A stretch of DNA of 64,000 bases from a virus (Duplodnaviria > Caudoviricetes). Shown here piece after piece: positions 18,132 through 27,319 of this stretch (position 1 is its first letter; every line of letters begins with the position of its first letter). The position numbers were made by a program, and so were the translations under genes. A model generated the notes under the pieces. It made no database searches, was not told the origin of the DNA, and saw nothing but the letters and a program-made list of their open reading frames with translations. Where the stretch lies: the IMG/VR virus record IMGVR_UViG_3300028591_000090, positions 64,001 to 128,000 of that record, one strand, 5' to 3'.

Positions 18132-19088
18132 TTAATTATTTGATTCTTCGTTTTGTAGACTTGCAATAAATTCAAGGTATTCTCTTTCAAAGTCTTCCAT
18201 TTTAAAAGCAGTTCCTGTTGATGATACGGGTTCTACTTTCTTTGTAATAACAACCCTCTTCTTTTTCTCTTCTTTTGGTTTCTCATATACAACATCAGCC
18301 GGCTTTTTCTCTCTTTCTACCTTAATATGTTTTTTAACGCTTTCATTGTATATGTTTGTCCATTTTTTACCAAATATTTCAAAACCAACAATTGATTCCC
18401 AAGGTTTTTTATTGATAAAATGATAAATACTACCATCAACGTCCATAGTTCTTTTCAATACGTTGAATTTTGACGGTAAAAACGTAATTGCACGGCTAAA
18501 TAATCTTTCATTTAATACTTCATAATCAATACTACCGTATTTATCACCGTATAATTTCATTTTTACTCCAGTATTAAACAAGGAAACATAAAAAGACTTA
18601 CCTAAACTCTTCTTTTCAACAATCATAACACCAGTGTTTATCTTTGTCATTTTTTTTATTCTTGTGTCATAATTATTTCTAAATGAATAGTCGTTTATGA
18701 CTGCACCAAAATTTATCTCTGTTTTAAAAAGAGATTCTATGTTTTCATTAACAATACAATCGCTATCAATATAAAGAATTTTATCGTATTCTGTAAGAAG
18801 GAACATATCAAATTTATATGCACCAACCATTTTTGTCTTTGATGTATGTCCGCTCCAATATGAAAATAGTTTTCGATAATTGGTTTCCTTTACCTCAACA
18901 AATTTTACATTAGAATACATTTCTTTTAGATATTGTTGGTTTTCTTGGCTCAAAGCACATCTGCTTATACCGTGAAGAACAACAAAATCTCCGTTAAACC
19001 ATTCGTTATTTTTTAGAAAAGAATATAATAATGCTTGCGTTCCCTTAATATATTCATCACTAGACAAAGTACAAACTGCGAATTCCAA
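18132..19088 (-). CDS. GT8-family glycosyltransferase with charged C-terminal tail
   Basis: YDKILYIDSD, INTGVM, YHF..KKPW. Confidence 0.85.
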   Translation of the reverse strand: MEFAVCTLSSDEYIKGTQALLYSFLKNNEWFNGDFVVLHGISRCALSQENQQYLKEMYSNVKFVEVKETNYRKLFSYWSGHTSKTKMVGAYKFDMFLLTEYDKILYIDSDCIVNENIESLFKTEINFGAVINDYSFRNNYDTRIKKMTKINTGVMIVEKKSLGKSFYVSLFNTGVKMKLYGDKYGSIDYEVLNERLFSRAITFLPSKFNVLKRTMDVDGSIYHFINKKPWESIVGFEIFGKKWTNIYNESVKKHIKVEREKKPADVVYEKPKEEKKKRVVITKKVEPVSSTGTAFKMEDFEREYLEFIASLQNEESNN

Positions 19089-19144
19089 AATAATAGATTA
19101 TTTTAATTACATAACGTAATTCTCTATTATTTAGTTATTTGTTT

Positions 19145-20491
19145 TCAACGTACTATAACGCACATTTTGCTTGCCCTTGTAATTGCTGTATACATAGAAC
19201 GATATTTTGTTGTAATATCCGTCATAGATACATTCATAATATCTGGCTCGTCAACAATAGCACAACTATAGGTACTTCCTTGTGATTTATGAGATGTAAT
19301 CGCATACGCAAAATCAACACTTGCAAATTTTTTCTTTAGGGCATAGGCATCAGAGAATAAACTCTTCTTTTTTAGTCCCTCTTTCTCTTTCTTTGCTTTA
19401 TTGAATCGGGCAGTAACAAGAGCATTATATTTGTATAATGATTCTCTCGCAACAACTCTAATATAGTGGTCGAGACCGATACCCTCTATTTCATAATAGA
19501 ATATTTCCTCACCATCTATTTCTTCTGATTGTTTATCTGCGTGTGTTAGAACAAATTCTGTACTATTTTCAATGATAGTATCACTAATTTCATAGTTATC
19601 CATCATAATCATAAAATCGCCCTCTTCATACTCTTTTACAGCCTCGCCAAAAAGATGTGCACGGATTTGTCTATTGACAATCTCCCTCGTTACATTTCGA
19701 TAGCATATATATTTTATGAGATTCATGTCGTGTCTTTCAAGAGCCTTTTTAAATGTACCGATACAAAGATTAAAGATATTATCTCTATAATCGAAGTATA
19801 ATGCTCCGTTTTCGTCAATGATACTATTCTTTTGTACACCATACAAATAATCTTTTTGTTCCATTACACTATTCCAATATAAATCAGAATATGGCAATAT
19901 TGGCGACTTTTCTCCTTGTCGCAAGCGTTCTGTTAATTTGTAAGTATATTGTGTATCAAAAGTTTTCGATGGTTTTACACTATCAGATACTGGTGGTAAT
20001 TGTCCCAAATCACCACTAAAAATAAGTTTTGCTCTCGATTTTTTATTTTCTAAAATAAATTGCAATGCTTCATTATCAATCATCGAGCATTCATCTATAA
20101 TTATAAGAGTTGCAGAATCAATCGGTCTCAACAATGTCTCACTATATGTTGAATATTCAAATTCTCCAGTTTGTTCGTTGAATTTCATACCAAGCATAGA
20201 AGCGACAGAAAAAAATCCAACAGCCCTTGAGTTTTCTTTACGTGCAACAGAATATTTCTCTCTCAATACATTCTTTGCTTTGTGTGCAATAGCACCAACA
20301 ATGACTGTATGACTATCACAATATTTCTTAATTATCTCAATAAGGACAGTTGTTTTACCAACGCCTGCTTTACCATCAAGTGTAAACCATTGGTCCCCAA
20401 CAATATCTTTATTATCAATAAACTTTGATATTGATTTAATTGCGTCTTTTTGAGACTTCGTTAATTTTAATTTGCCCTTTTTCTTTACCAT
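19145..20491 (-). CDS. SF1B helicase, T4 Dda/RecD-like
   Basis: GKAGVGKT, IIDECSM, GDLGQLPPV, YAITSHKSQGST, YTAITRA. Confidence 0.88.
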   Translation of the reverse strand: MVKKKGKLKLTKSQKDAIKSISKFIDNKDIVGDQWFTLDGKAGVGKTTVLIEIIKKYCDSHTVIVGAIAHKAKNVLREKYSVARKENSRAVGFFSVASMLGMKFNEQTGEFEYSTYSETLLRPIDSATLIIIDECSMIDNEALQFILENKKSRAKLIFSGDLGQLPPVSDSVKPSKTFDTQYTYKLTERLRQGEKSPILPYSDLYWNSVMEQKDYLYGVQKNSIIDENGALYFDYRDNIFNLCIGTFKKALERHDMNLIKYICYRNVTREIVNRQIRAHLFGEAVKEYEEGDFMIMMDNYEISDTIIENSTEFVLTHADKQSEEIDGEEIFYYEIEGIGLDHYIRVVARESLYKYNALVTARFNKAKKEKEGLKKKSLFSDAYALKKKFASVDFAYAITSHKSQGSTYSCAIVDEPDIMNVSMTDITTKYRSMYTAITRASKMCVIVR

Positions 20492-20504
20492 GTTTCTGTT
20501 TTTT

Positions 20505-20846
20505 TTACCAACAAATACTTCCTTGACATTGATGAGGTATCACAAAACCGTCTTCTTTATAAAAAGGATAATAGTTTCCACATGCTGTTCTTGTTCCACC
20601 ACTATAGTCAATTACATAGATAATCATAACAAACAATGGAGTCTTTTCATCTTCACCGAAAAATAAACGGATACGATATGGTCTTAAAGAATTTTCTTCG
20701 TAATATTCAGAAAATTCATTATTATGTTCATGCTTTGCTTTCATAATAATGACCTCTGTGTCTTCTTTAATAGCAAGTTCACAATCAATTTTTACATCAT
20801 TGTAATCAAAAACCTTACCCCTAAAATTGAATTCTTTTATTTTCAT
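20505..20846 (-). CDS. hypothetical protein
   Basis: 113-aa ORF. Confidence 0.55.
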   Translation of the reverse strand: MKIKEFNFRGKVFDYNDVKIDCELAIKEDTEVIIMKAKHEHNNEFSEYYEENSLRPYRIRLFFGEDEKTPLFVMIIYVIDYSGGTRTACGNYYPFYKEDGFVIPHQCQGSICW

Positions 20847-20852
20847 AATTTT

Positions 20853-21443
20853 TTAATTTAAACAATAGTGAAACATTATATTATTTTTCGTTGTATGTTC
20901 TTCAAAATACTTTCTATCAATGTAATCATTGATGCATTTTTGTGCTCTTTCAATTACATCTTCATTTTGCATAATTTCTTCTTTATTATCTTCATATTCC
21001 ATAAAAGCCAAGATAGAATCTAATTTAATACCCCATTGAACATCGTTATCGTCTGCTGACTTTGACAATATTTCAATAGCATTTTTTAATACCTTCATAG
21101 ATTCTTCACGAGAAAGAAATGGATTTAAGCATTTAATTACCTCTACTGGAAGAATATAAAAATTATTTTCTTGAAACAAATATGATACATAACGATTAAT
21201 ATCCTTATTGTATGTAATTGCACCTTTGACTGGACGATTCAAAGAATCGTTCAATTCAAAGATAATATCGCCTTTTTGGAACTCCTTTGATTCAAATACA
21301 ACAGAAATATCTTTAATAGAATATTCTAAAGTTTTCTGGCAATAAAGTGCATCAATCACATCTTTTAAAATGTTCGGATTCTTATAAACATTTGCGTTCT
21401 TAAAAACCGAAGCCATCTGAATATCAAAATCGTTTATTAACAT
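20853..21443 (-). CDS. hypothetical protein
   Basis: 196-aa ORF behind a TATATTTG promoter. Confidence 0.6.
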   Translation of the reverse strand: MLINDFDIQMASVFKNANVYKNPNILKDVIDALYCQKTLEYSIKDISVVFESKEFQKGDIIFELNDSLNRPVKGAITYNKDINRYVSYLFQENNFYILPVEVIKCLNPFLSREESMKVLKNAIEILSKSADDNDVQWGIKLDSILAFMEYEDNKEEIMQNEDVIERAQKCINDYIDRKYFEEHTTKNNIMFHYCLN

Positions 21444-21467
21444 AACTCTTAACTTTTAATTAATTTG

Positions 21468-21915
21468 ACAATGCAAATATAAGCATTTTTTTTATACAAG
21501 TCAAGAGTTTTGTTAATTATTTTTCATTTTCTTCTGCGTTTAACCGTGGACATTCGTCACTATAAACAGTAATCGGATACCTATCAAGATTGCTAACGCC
21601 ATTTGAAAGATAATGAGTATAAGTTTTTCCTGTTAGTTCGCATTTACACTCAATCCATGTACTAAAGCCTTCAGAAATTGTTGCTGGGTGACAATGCTTG
21701 CAATGTATGCAGTTATGACTAATATTGTCTATAAAAGATATTGACTTGTCAAGTAACGACATTGCATTACTTAATTCGTCTCTCAACACCGTTAAGTTTT
21801 GTTCAGCAAAGAAATTTGAATCCATATACTTTTTAATTAAAAATTCAACAATGCAAATATAAGCATTTTTTTAATACAAGTCAAGAGTTTTGTTAATTAT
21901 TTTTCACTTTCTTCT
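21468..21915. repeat. 68-bp direct repeat x2 (21468-21535, 21848-21915) containing a promoter
   Basis: Two mismatches; contains TTGACTTG...TATATTTGC and the last codons (EExEK-stop) of the upstream gene. Confidence 0.92.
21517..21825 (-). CDS. small Cys-rich protein
   Basis: CIHCKHC..C..CP; flanked by the 68-bp repeats. Confidence 0.6.
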   Translation of the reverse strand: MDSNFFAEQNLTVLRDELSNAMSLLDKSISFIDNISHNCIHCKHCHPATISEGFSTWIECKCELTGKTYTHYLSNGVSNLDRYPITVYSDECPRLNAEENEK

Positions 21916-22124
21916 ACAATTTCTTCTTCAAACTGTTCTTTTGCAATAACAAGAACACCTTCATTCAAAGGACAATTCTCTAATCTATCTTCTTCTATTA
22001 ACGCTTCGTCAAGTTCAAAGAAACTTTCACTAAATTTCAAATTTGCATAACAAATAATTTTATTATTGCTTACAATACAGAAAGGACATGTACTACATGT
22101 TGTTACTTCAATTTTGTTCATCAT
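21897..22124 (-). CDS. small Cys-rich protein
   Basis: CSTCPFC..C..CP. Confidence 0.6.
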   Translation of the reverse strand: MMNKIEVTTCSTCPFCIVSNNKIICYANLKFSESFFELDEALIEEDRLENCPLNEGVLVIAKEQFEEEIVEESEK

Positions 22125-22920
22125 ATCTAATAATCTCTAATAATTTAACTCTCATTTTCTTTATTGCCTTTGTCCTTGTGTAATACACATTATTCTTCGA
22201 TAGTCCAAGAATGTCGGCAATTTCTTGTTCTGTATGTTTTGGATAATCGTTCATACCATAATTGTAATTAATGATAATTTTTTCTTTTTCGTCCAAAACG
22301 TCCATACACATTTTTACCAATTCATAATCAAAAGATTTGTCTGCATTTTCTTCTGACGTTAAATATGAAGCGTATTCGCTTTTTTCTTCTTTATCGTCAT
22401 TATATACGTCATTGATACTAAAAGAACGTATTGCGTCAGATACAGAAAATCTTTGAAAAAATTCATTTTCTTCTTTATTTTTATCTTCTTTTACTTTGTC
22501 TTTTATCTTACAAGGAATTTTAACTGGATAAATCGTTCCTTCTTTTAACTTCGACAAATATTTCTCCAAGAAAAAGTTTGCCCAAGAGCGAAATTCTCCA
22601 TTGTTTCTTTCGTAATCATAAGTTTTAAGTGCATCTATAAGAGCAAGATTTCCCTCTGCAACTAAATCATCATATGAAACTTTTGAACCTCCTGCATATC
22701 TCTTTGCATACATTATAACATACTTTAAGTTAGACTTTATAATCTTCCAAAAAGCATCCATATTATTCTCTTTCTTATAAAGATAAAATAATTCTTTTAA
22801 TTCTTCTTTCGATAAAGATTCTGCTTTTATTGCTTCTACATCACTTCTGTATCGAGCATTATTTTCTGTTCTTTCGTAAAATCTACATTCGCTTTTTGTT
22901 CGTCCTAATGTAACTATCAT
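22108..22920 (-). CDS. sigma70-family RNA polymerase sigma factor
   Basis: IIKSNLKYV..AKRY, DLVAEGNLALI, region 4 EIADILGLS...KAIKKMR. Confidence 0.88.
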   Translation of the reverse strand: MIVTLGRTKSECRFYERTENNARYRSDVEAIKAESLSKEELKELFYLYKKENNMDAFWKIIKSNLKYVIMYAKRYAGGSKVSYDDLVAEGNLALIDALKTYDYERNNGEFRSWANFFLEKYLSKLKEGTIYPVKIPCKIKDKVKEDKNKEENEFFQRFSVSDAIRSFSINDVYNDDKEEKSEYASYLTSEENADKSFDYELVKMCMDVLDEKEKIIINYNYGMNDYPKHTEQEIADILGLSKNNVYYTRTKAIKKMRVKLLEIIRYDEQN

Positions 22921-22922
22921 TA

Positions 22923-22946
22923 TTGTCTCGTTTTAAAACGAGACAA
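22923..22946. promoter_or_regulatory. perfect 24-bp palindrome between promoter and sigma-factor start
   Basis: ttgtctcgtttt|aaaacgagacaa, overlapping TATCTTTG (22944-22951). Confidence 0.55.
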
Positions 22947-23027
22947 AGATACTAATTTTTTACGAAAAAACAAAATATTTTTTGGAAATTGTTTATTTTT
23001 TTTCTATCTTTGCCAAAAACTATAGAT

Positions 23028-23465
23028 ATGTTTGTTGCAGGAGATAAAGAAACAGAAGATATAAATAAAAGAAAAACAGTTATTTACGTAAGGCAAAAAT
23101 TAGGAACTCGTAAAAATGTAGAAGAACGAGCAGAAAACTTGCGTGCATATTTAATTCGTAATGGTATATCTGTTGATATGACATTAACAGATTCAAGTGA
23201 TTTCTTTATATGTAATGCAAAACAAAGACCAAATTTATATAAATTAATTGATTTAATTGAGAACAATAGAGTTAGTACAATATACACCTATTCTCTCAAC
23301 GATATATCAATAGTATTCTTTAGTATATTTGAATATATCTGTAAATTGCATAAAACAAAAATCGTTGCTGTAACATCTACATCTCTATCAGAAGAAGAAA
23401 AACAAGAGGTAAGAATTGGGTTAGGAAAACTAATTGCATATTTCAGAAAAATTTACAATATATGA
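23028..23465 (+). CDS. serine resolvase-like (IS607 TnpA-type catalytic domain), catalytic motifs degenerate
   Basis: VIYVRQK (for YARVS), RPNLYKLIDLIE, SLNDIS (for DRLxR). Start moved to ATG 23028, downstream of TATCTTTG. Confidence 0.55.
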   Translation: MFVAGDKETEDINKRKTVIYVRQKLGTRKNVEERAENLRAYLIRNGISVDMTLTDSSDFFICNAKQRPNLYKLIDLIENNRVSTIYTYSLNDISIVFFSIFEYICKLHKTKIVAVTSTSLSEEEKQEVRIGLGKLIAYFRKIYNI

Positions 23466-23845
23466 GAAAACTGGGAGCAATAGTATTCGACGTTGAATTA
23501 GAATTCATACTTGTTCAAATAAAAAATGAACAATATGATATTCTCACTTTCGATTCCAAAATAGACGGAAAATACGACTCTATTATTGCTATCATAAAAG
23601 CATATATGGACGTTTTTGGTAAGAAAATGGATTGTTGGGAACCAGTTCTTGAGTTTGACGGTATGGAAACATATACAATAAAAACTGATTTAGAAGAACT
23701 TGATATTGATTCTTACGATGATTATGATATTATAAGCATAGAAGACCTAAATAACGTGGATTGTACGCCACGTTTGAAATGGTTTACTTATATGTGTTTG
23801 GATAGGAGTATGCGTAAAAATAAAATTGTAAAAAATCATGAATAA
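23462..23845 (+). CDS. hypothetical protein (possible degenerate Nudix fold)
   Basis: GAIVFD start, no Nudix box. Confidence 0.5.
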   Translation: MRKLGAIVFDVELEFILVQIKNEQYDILTFDSKIDGKYDSIIAIIKAYMDVFGKKMDCWEPVLEFDGMETYTIKTDLEELDIDSYDDYDIISIEDLNNVDCTPRLKWFTYMCLDRSMRKNKIVKNHE

Positions 23846-24443
23846 GAAAATTGAAAAACTATTAGAAATTGTAGAAAAGATTTCAAAAGAAAATGTTAAA
23901 ATCGAAGATGAGGTCTTTTTTAAAGGTAAATGGAAATTTCACGATGTATATGATGGTGTTATAGAATTATACGCTCCAATAAATCAAACAACAGCATGTC
24001 CAATGTTTTGTTTTAAGAGCCACAATATGACAGATAAATATCACATTATATTTGCAGACCCAACACAAAACGACATGAAAGGCACTATATTAACCCCAAT
24101 GCAAATACACGATGTTTTTGGTATTGATATTATACAACTTGAAAAAGACATACTTAAAAGCAGAGATTATACACTCTCTCGACCACAAATTGATTTGATT
24201 GCAGAAGAACTTGCTTCCCATATAAAAATACTAAATGCTTGTAAAGAAGAAAAAACATTAGAAAAAGTAATTAAAAATATGTTATTGCCTTTTACTGGTG
24301 AACAAGGTTCACAAGCAGGAGTGGAACAATTACCAACTTTGGATTATAATGTAGTAAATCCGTCAGAATTTTCAGACCCATCCGACGAGTCAGAAGAAGA
24401 AGACGAAGATGATGATGACGATGACGAAGAATCTTCGTTTTGA
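23838..24443 (+). CDS. hypothetical protein with acidic tail
   Basis: 201-aa ORF ending DESEEEDEDDDDDDEESSF. Confidence 0.65.
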   Translation: MNKKIEKLLEIVEKISKENVKIEDEVFFKGKWKFHDVYDGVIELYAPINQTTACPMFCFKSHNMTDKYHIIFADPTQNDMKGTILTPMQIHDVFGIDIIQLEKDILKSRDYTLSRPQIDLIAEELASHIKILNACKEEKTLEKVIKNMLLPFTGEQGSQAGVEQLPTLDYNVVNPSEFSDPSDESEEEDEDDDDDDEESSF

Positions 24444-25039
24444 GCATTATCTTGTGCACTATCTTGTGCATTATAGCAGTATTTTCGATTAACAGTATAC
24501 TTTTTACCAAGCAGCTGTAATAATACTTCTATATCTTTAAGACATTCGCCCTCTGCACCACCAACCAACACAATATCACCAGTAATAGAATCTAATATAG
24601 TAACCATTTCTTCTGTTGGGAAAAACCACTTATGAGAACCATTTACTAATACAGCAAAATTGCCATCTTTTGTTTTCCACATTTTCGGCTGTACTACATT
24701 ACTTTTAACCATAGATATTACATCTTGGTAAGTCTTATCGTCAAAATATTTAGAATAATCGTGGATTTCACCATCAGCGTGGTCAACACCATAATGTTTT
24801 CTTATAGCAAATACCTCATTATTGAATTTCTTATCTGGTCCGCTTGCCTTGTGGTCATCCCATATCTGAATAGCAAAAGGAAAATTTAAACAATAATCAT
24901 TTATTTCTTCTGGTAAATTATCCTTACCATTTTTTTTCCACCATCTTTCAAATGGTTTTTGAACATCAACAACAATAATTACTTGATTGTTATATGCTTC
25001 AAAAAGAGGAATTAATTCTATTGATTTTGTTTCGTACAT
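24344..25039 (-). CDS. isochorismatase/cysteine-hydrolase-like protein
   Basis: IIVVDVQ, IRKHYG, LVGGAEGECL (Asp/Lys/Cys triad pattern); N-terminal IPLFE. Confidence 0.55.
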   Translation of the reverse strand: MYETKSIELIPLFEAYNNQVIIVVDVQKPFERWWKKNGKDNLPEEINDYCLNFPFAIQIWDDHKASGPDKKFNNEVFAIRKHYGVDHADGEIHDYSKYFDDKTYQDVISMVKSNVVQPKMWKTKDGNFAVLVNGSHKWFFPTEEMVTILDSITGDIVLVGGAEGECLKDIEVLLQLLGKKYTVNRKYCYNAQDSAQDNAQNEDSSSSSSSSSSSSSDSSDGSENSDGFTTL

Positions 25040-25087
25040 TTAAGCGAATAAACCTTTTTTCTTATTTATTCACCAAATACAGACAAA

Positions 25088-25129
25088 AAAAATGCACAAA
25101 ATATATTGGTAAATATTTTGTGCATTTTT
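25088..25129. terminator. 17-bp stem terminator
   Basis: aaaaatgcacaaaatat / atattttgtgcattttt. Confidence 0.7.
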
Positions 25130-25156
25130 ACATATAATAAGGTGTATTTCAGATTT

Positions 25157-26260
25157 TTACTTACCTGATTTTCTACTATTCGCAGTTTTTGAAATCATCT
25201 GTAAATTCGATAGAACTGTTTTTCCACCTTTCCACCACGGAACTATATGGTCGGCTTGCATATCTTTAATATCAAACCATTCATTAGTGATAGGACAAAT
25301 ACCTTTTTGCTTTTCATACGCTGTACGTTTGTCACTTTCATTAAAAAGACGCTTTGATAATTTGCATGCAAGATTTTCATCCTCACCACTCAATATATAT
25401 TCGTACACACCTTTTTTATCAGTAACTTCTTCATTAGCCATAAGTTCATTTACTTTTTCTTCTATCTGTTTTGCGTCATACATATTATTATGATAAGTAT
25501 TATATAACCGTCCCCAATTAAGCCCACTCATTTCTTTACGGTAATTCTTTTCACCAAATGTCGTATTAATCCAATTAATTACACTCTGAAAATAAAGCCA
25601 TAATTCATTCGCATTAATATCATGCTGATGTTCAGACATATACCTTGCGATATTTCCATCGCTAATCCAATCAAGAACAGTTTCAAGATACTCTTGACGA
25701 ATAGGTGAACCTTTGACATATTTGTTACCAAGACGATATGCAACACAGTTTGTTTTTGAAAATTTTTGTTTTGCGTCCGACAACCATGTTCCTATATAAT
25801 TAATATTCAATAATTCTTGTTCTGTCAATTTTTCTCCTGCAATATTTACTGTACGAAACCAATCAAGACGCTCTTTGTCATTTCCCTCACAAACATATAT
25901 CATCAGTTCGTAATTTAAAATTTGCTCCTTTTCTGTATCTGTCAAGTTTGAAAAATTACGCTCATTAATTGAGAAACCTCCCTTTACAAGATATTGGCAA
26001 ATTGAAATTGTACGCTGTTGACCATCAAGAAGTTCAAACGTACCATCGTCATTACGAACCCAATACATGGTATTCAATGGGAATCCTTTCATGATGGTTT
26101 CAATTACTGCGTTACGTTGTTTGTCATTGTAACAAAATTCTCTTTGATAAGGCGGTCTGATATTCAACAATCCGTGAAAACCAATTACACCTTCTTCCTC
26201 ATTATTTACGTATCCGTCAAATAAATCTTTTACTTTAACTTGCTTTAATTCTATCTTCAT
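25157..26260 (-). CDS. DUF262 (GmrS/ParB-like) plus C-terminal HNH endonuclease
   Basis: RPPYQRE, LLDGQQR, ADHIVPWWKGGKT..NLQMI...N. Confidence 0.85.
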   Translation of the reverse strand: MKIELKQVKVKDLFDGYVNNEEEGVIGFHGLLNIRPPYQREFCYNDKQRNAVIETIMKGFPLNTMYWVRNDDGTFELLDGQQRTISICQYLVKGGFSINERNFSNLTDTEKEQILNYELMIYVCEGNDKERLDWFRTVNIAGEKLTEQELLNINYIGTWLSDAKQKFSKTNCVAYRLGNKYVKGSPIRQEYLETVLDWISDGNIARYMSEHQHDINANELWLYFQSVINWINTTFGEKNYRKEMSGLNWGRLYNTYHNNMYDAKQIEEKVNELMANEEVTDKKGVYEYILSGEDENLACKLSKRLFNESDKRTAYEKQKGICPITNEWFDIKDMQADHIVPWWKGGKTVLSNLQMISKTANSRKSGK

Positions 26261-26283
26261 AACTTTTATTTTTTAATTTGGTT

Positions 26284-27234
26284 TTACTTTCTTTTAATTA
26301 ATATACGGAAATATGGACATTTGCCATTTACTGATAAGTCTTTGTCATCATCTCCCTTACGGAATTTTACAATTTCAAACTGGTCTGATGAGGTGTGAAT
26401 CAAACCATCACTCCACAAATATTTTAACGTCGTAATTGGTACGCCAATTACACCATCATAATCAACAGGAATATCAACTGCTTTATCACAATTTATTGCG
26501 TCATAATTATCATATTTCGGATAATCTTCTGGCGTATATTTCTTGTATAAAAATAAAACATCTCTCTTTCTATCATTACTTATGTTTGTAAACCAACAAA
26601 TTGAATTTACTTGTTTATAGATGCCGTCTTCCCTTTTTTCATATCTATCATTATCTAATAAATAACCATCTGGTACTTTAAAAAATGGCATTTTTCCAGT
26701 AAACAATGTCCTTCCTAACCATACTTTCCCTTCCTTAATATAAGGAAAAAATTCTTTATATGTTATAGCATTTCCATTAGCCAAAATCAAAAATTTCTTA
26801 TCATATTCCATCAGTTGTGCGACATATTCTTTGAATAAACTAAACGGAGGGTTTGTAACAACGACATCTGCTTCTTTTAGAAATTCAATACATTCTTCGG
26901 AACGAAAATCACCGTCGCCTTTTAGTTCAGTAACCTTGATTTCTTCGTTGTCAACAATATGGTTGCCGTTCTTGTCACCCTCGTATATAAGGACAACACC
27001 CTTTTCATTCTCTTTGTAACCAGTCGCAATTAACTTTTTTAATCCAAGTTCCTCAAATCTGTTACTAAAATACTTAAAAAAATTACTCTCTCTTGCATCG
27101 TCACAATTACAATATACTGTTTTTCCAGCAAAGAAATCGACATAATTTACTAACTCCTTCTCGATGTCTGTCAATTGTGTGTAAAACTCATCATTTTTTG
27201 CTTTTTTCGCTTGATGTAAATTTGAATTTTTCAT
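26284..27234 (-). CDS. adenine-specific DNA methyltransferase, EcoRI-methylase family
   Basis: KNDEFYT, YCNCDD, GDFRS.EC, VTNPPFSLF, GVPIT. Confidence 0.85.
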   Translation of the reverse strand: MKNSNLHQAKKAKNDEFYTQLTDIEKELVNYVDFFAGKTVYCNCDDARESNFFKYFSNRFEELGLKKLIATGYKENEKGVVLIYEGDKNGNHIVDNEEIKVTELKGDGDFRSEECIEFLKEADVVVTNPPFSLFKEYVAQLMEYDKKFLILANGNAITYKEFFPYIKEGKVWLGRTLFTGKMPFFKVPDGYLLDNDRYEKREDGIYKQVNSICWFTNISNDRKRDVLFLYKKYTPEDYPKYDNYDAINCDKAVDIPVDYDGVIGVPITTLKYLWSDGLIHTSSDQFEIVKFRKGDDDKDLSVNGKCPYFRILIKRK

Positions 27235-27319
27235 ATCTTTTACTTTTTTAATTCAACGATGCAAATATAAACATATTTTTCAACAGATTCAAATTTTTAG
27301 AAAAAAAAGTTAAAATATT

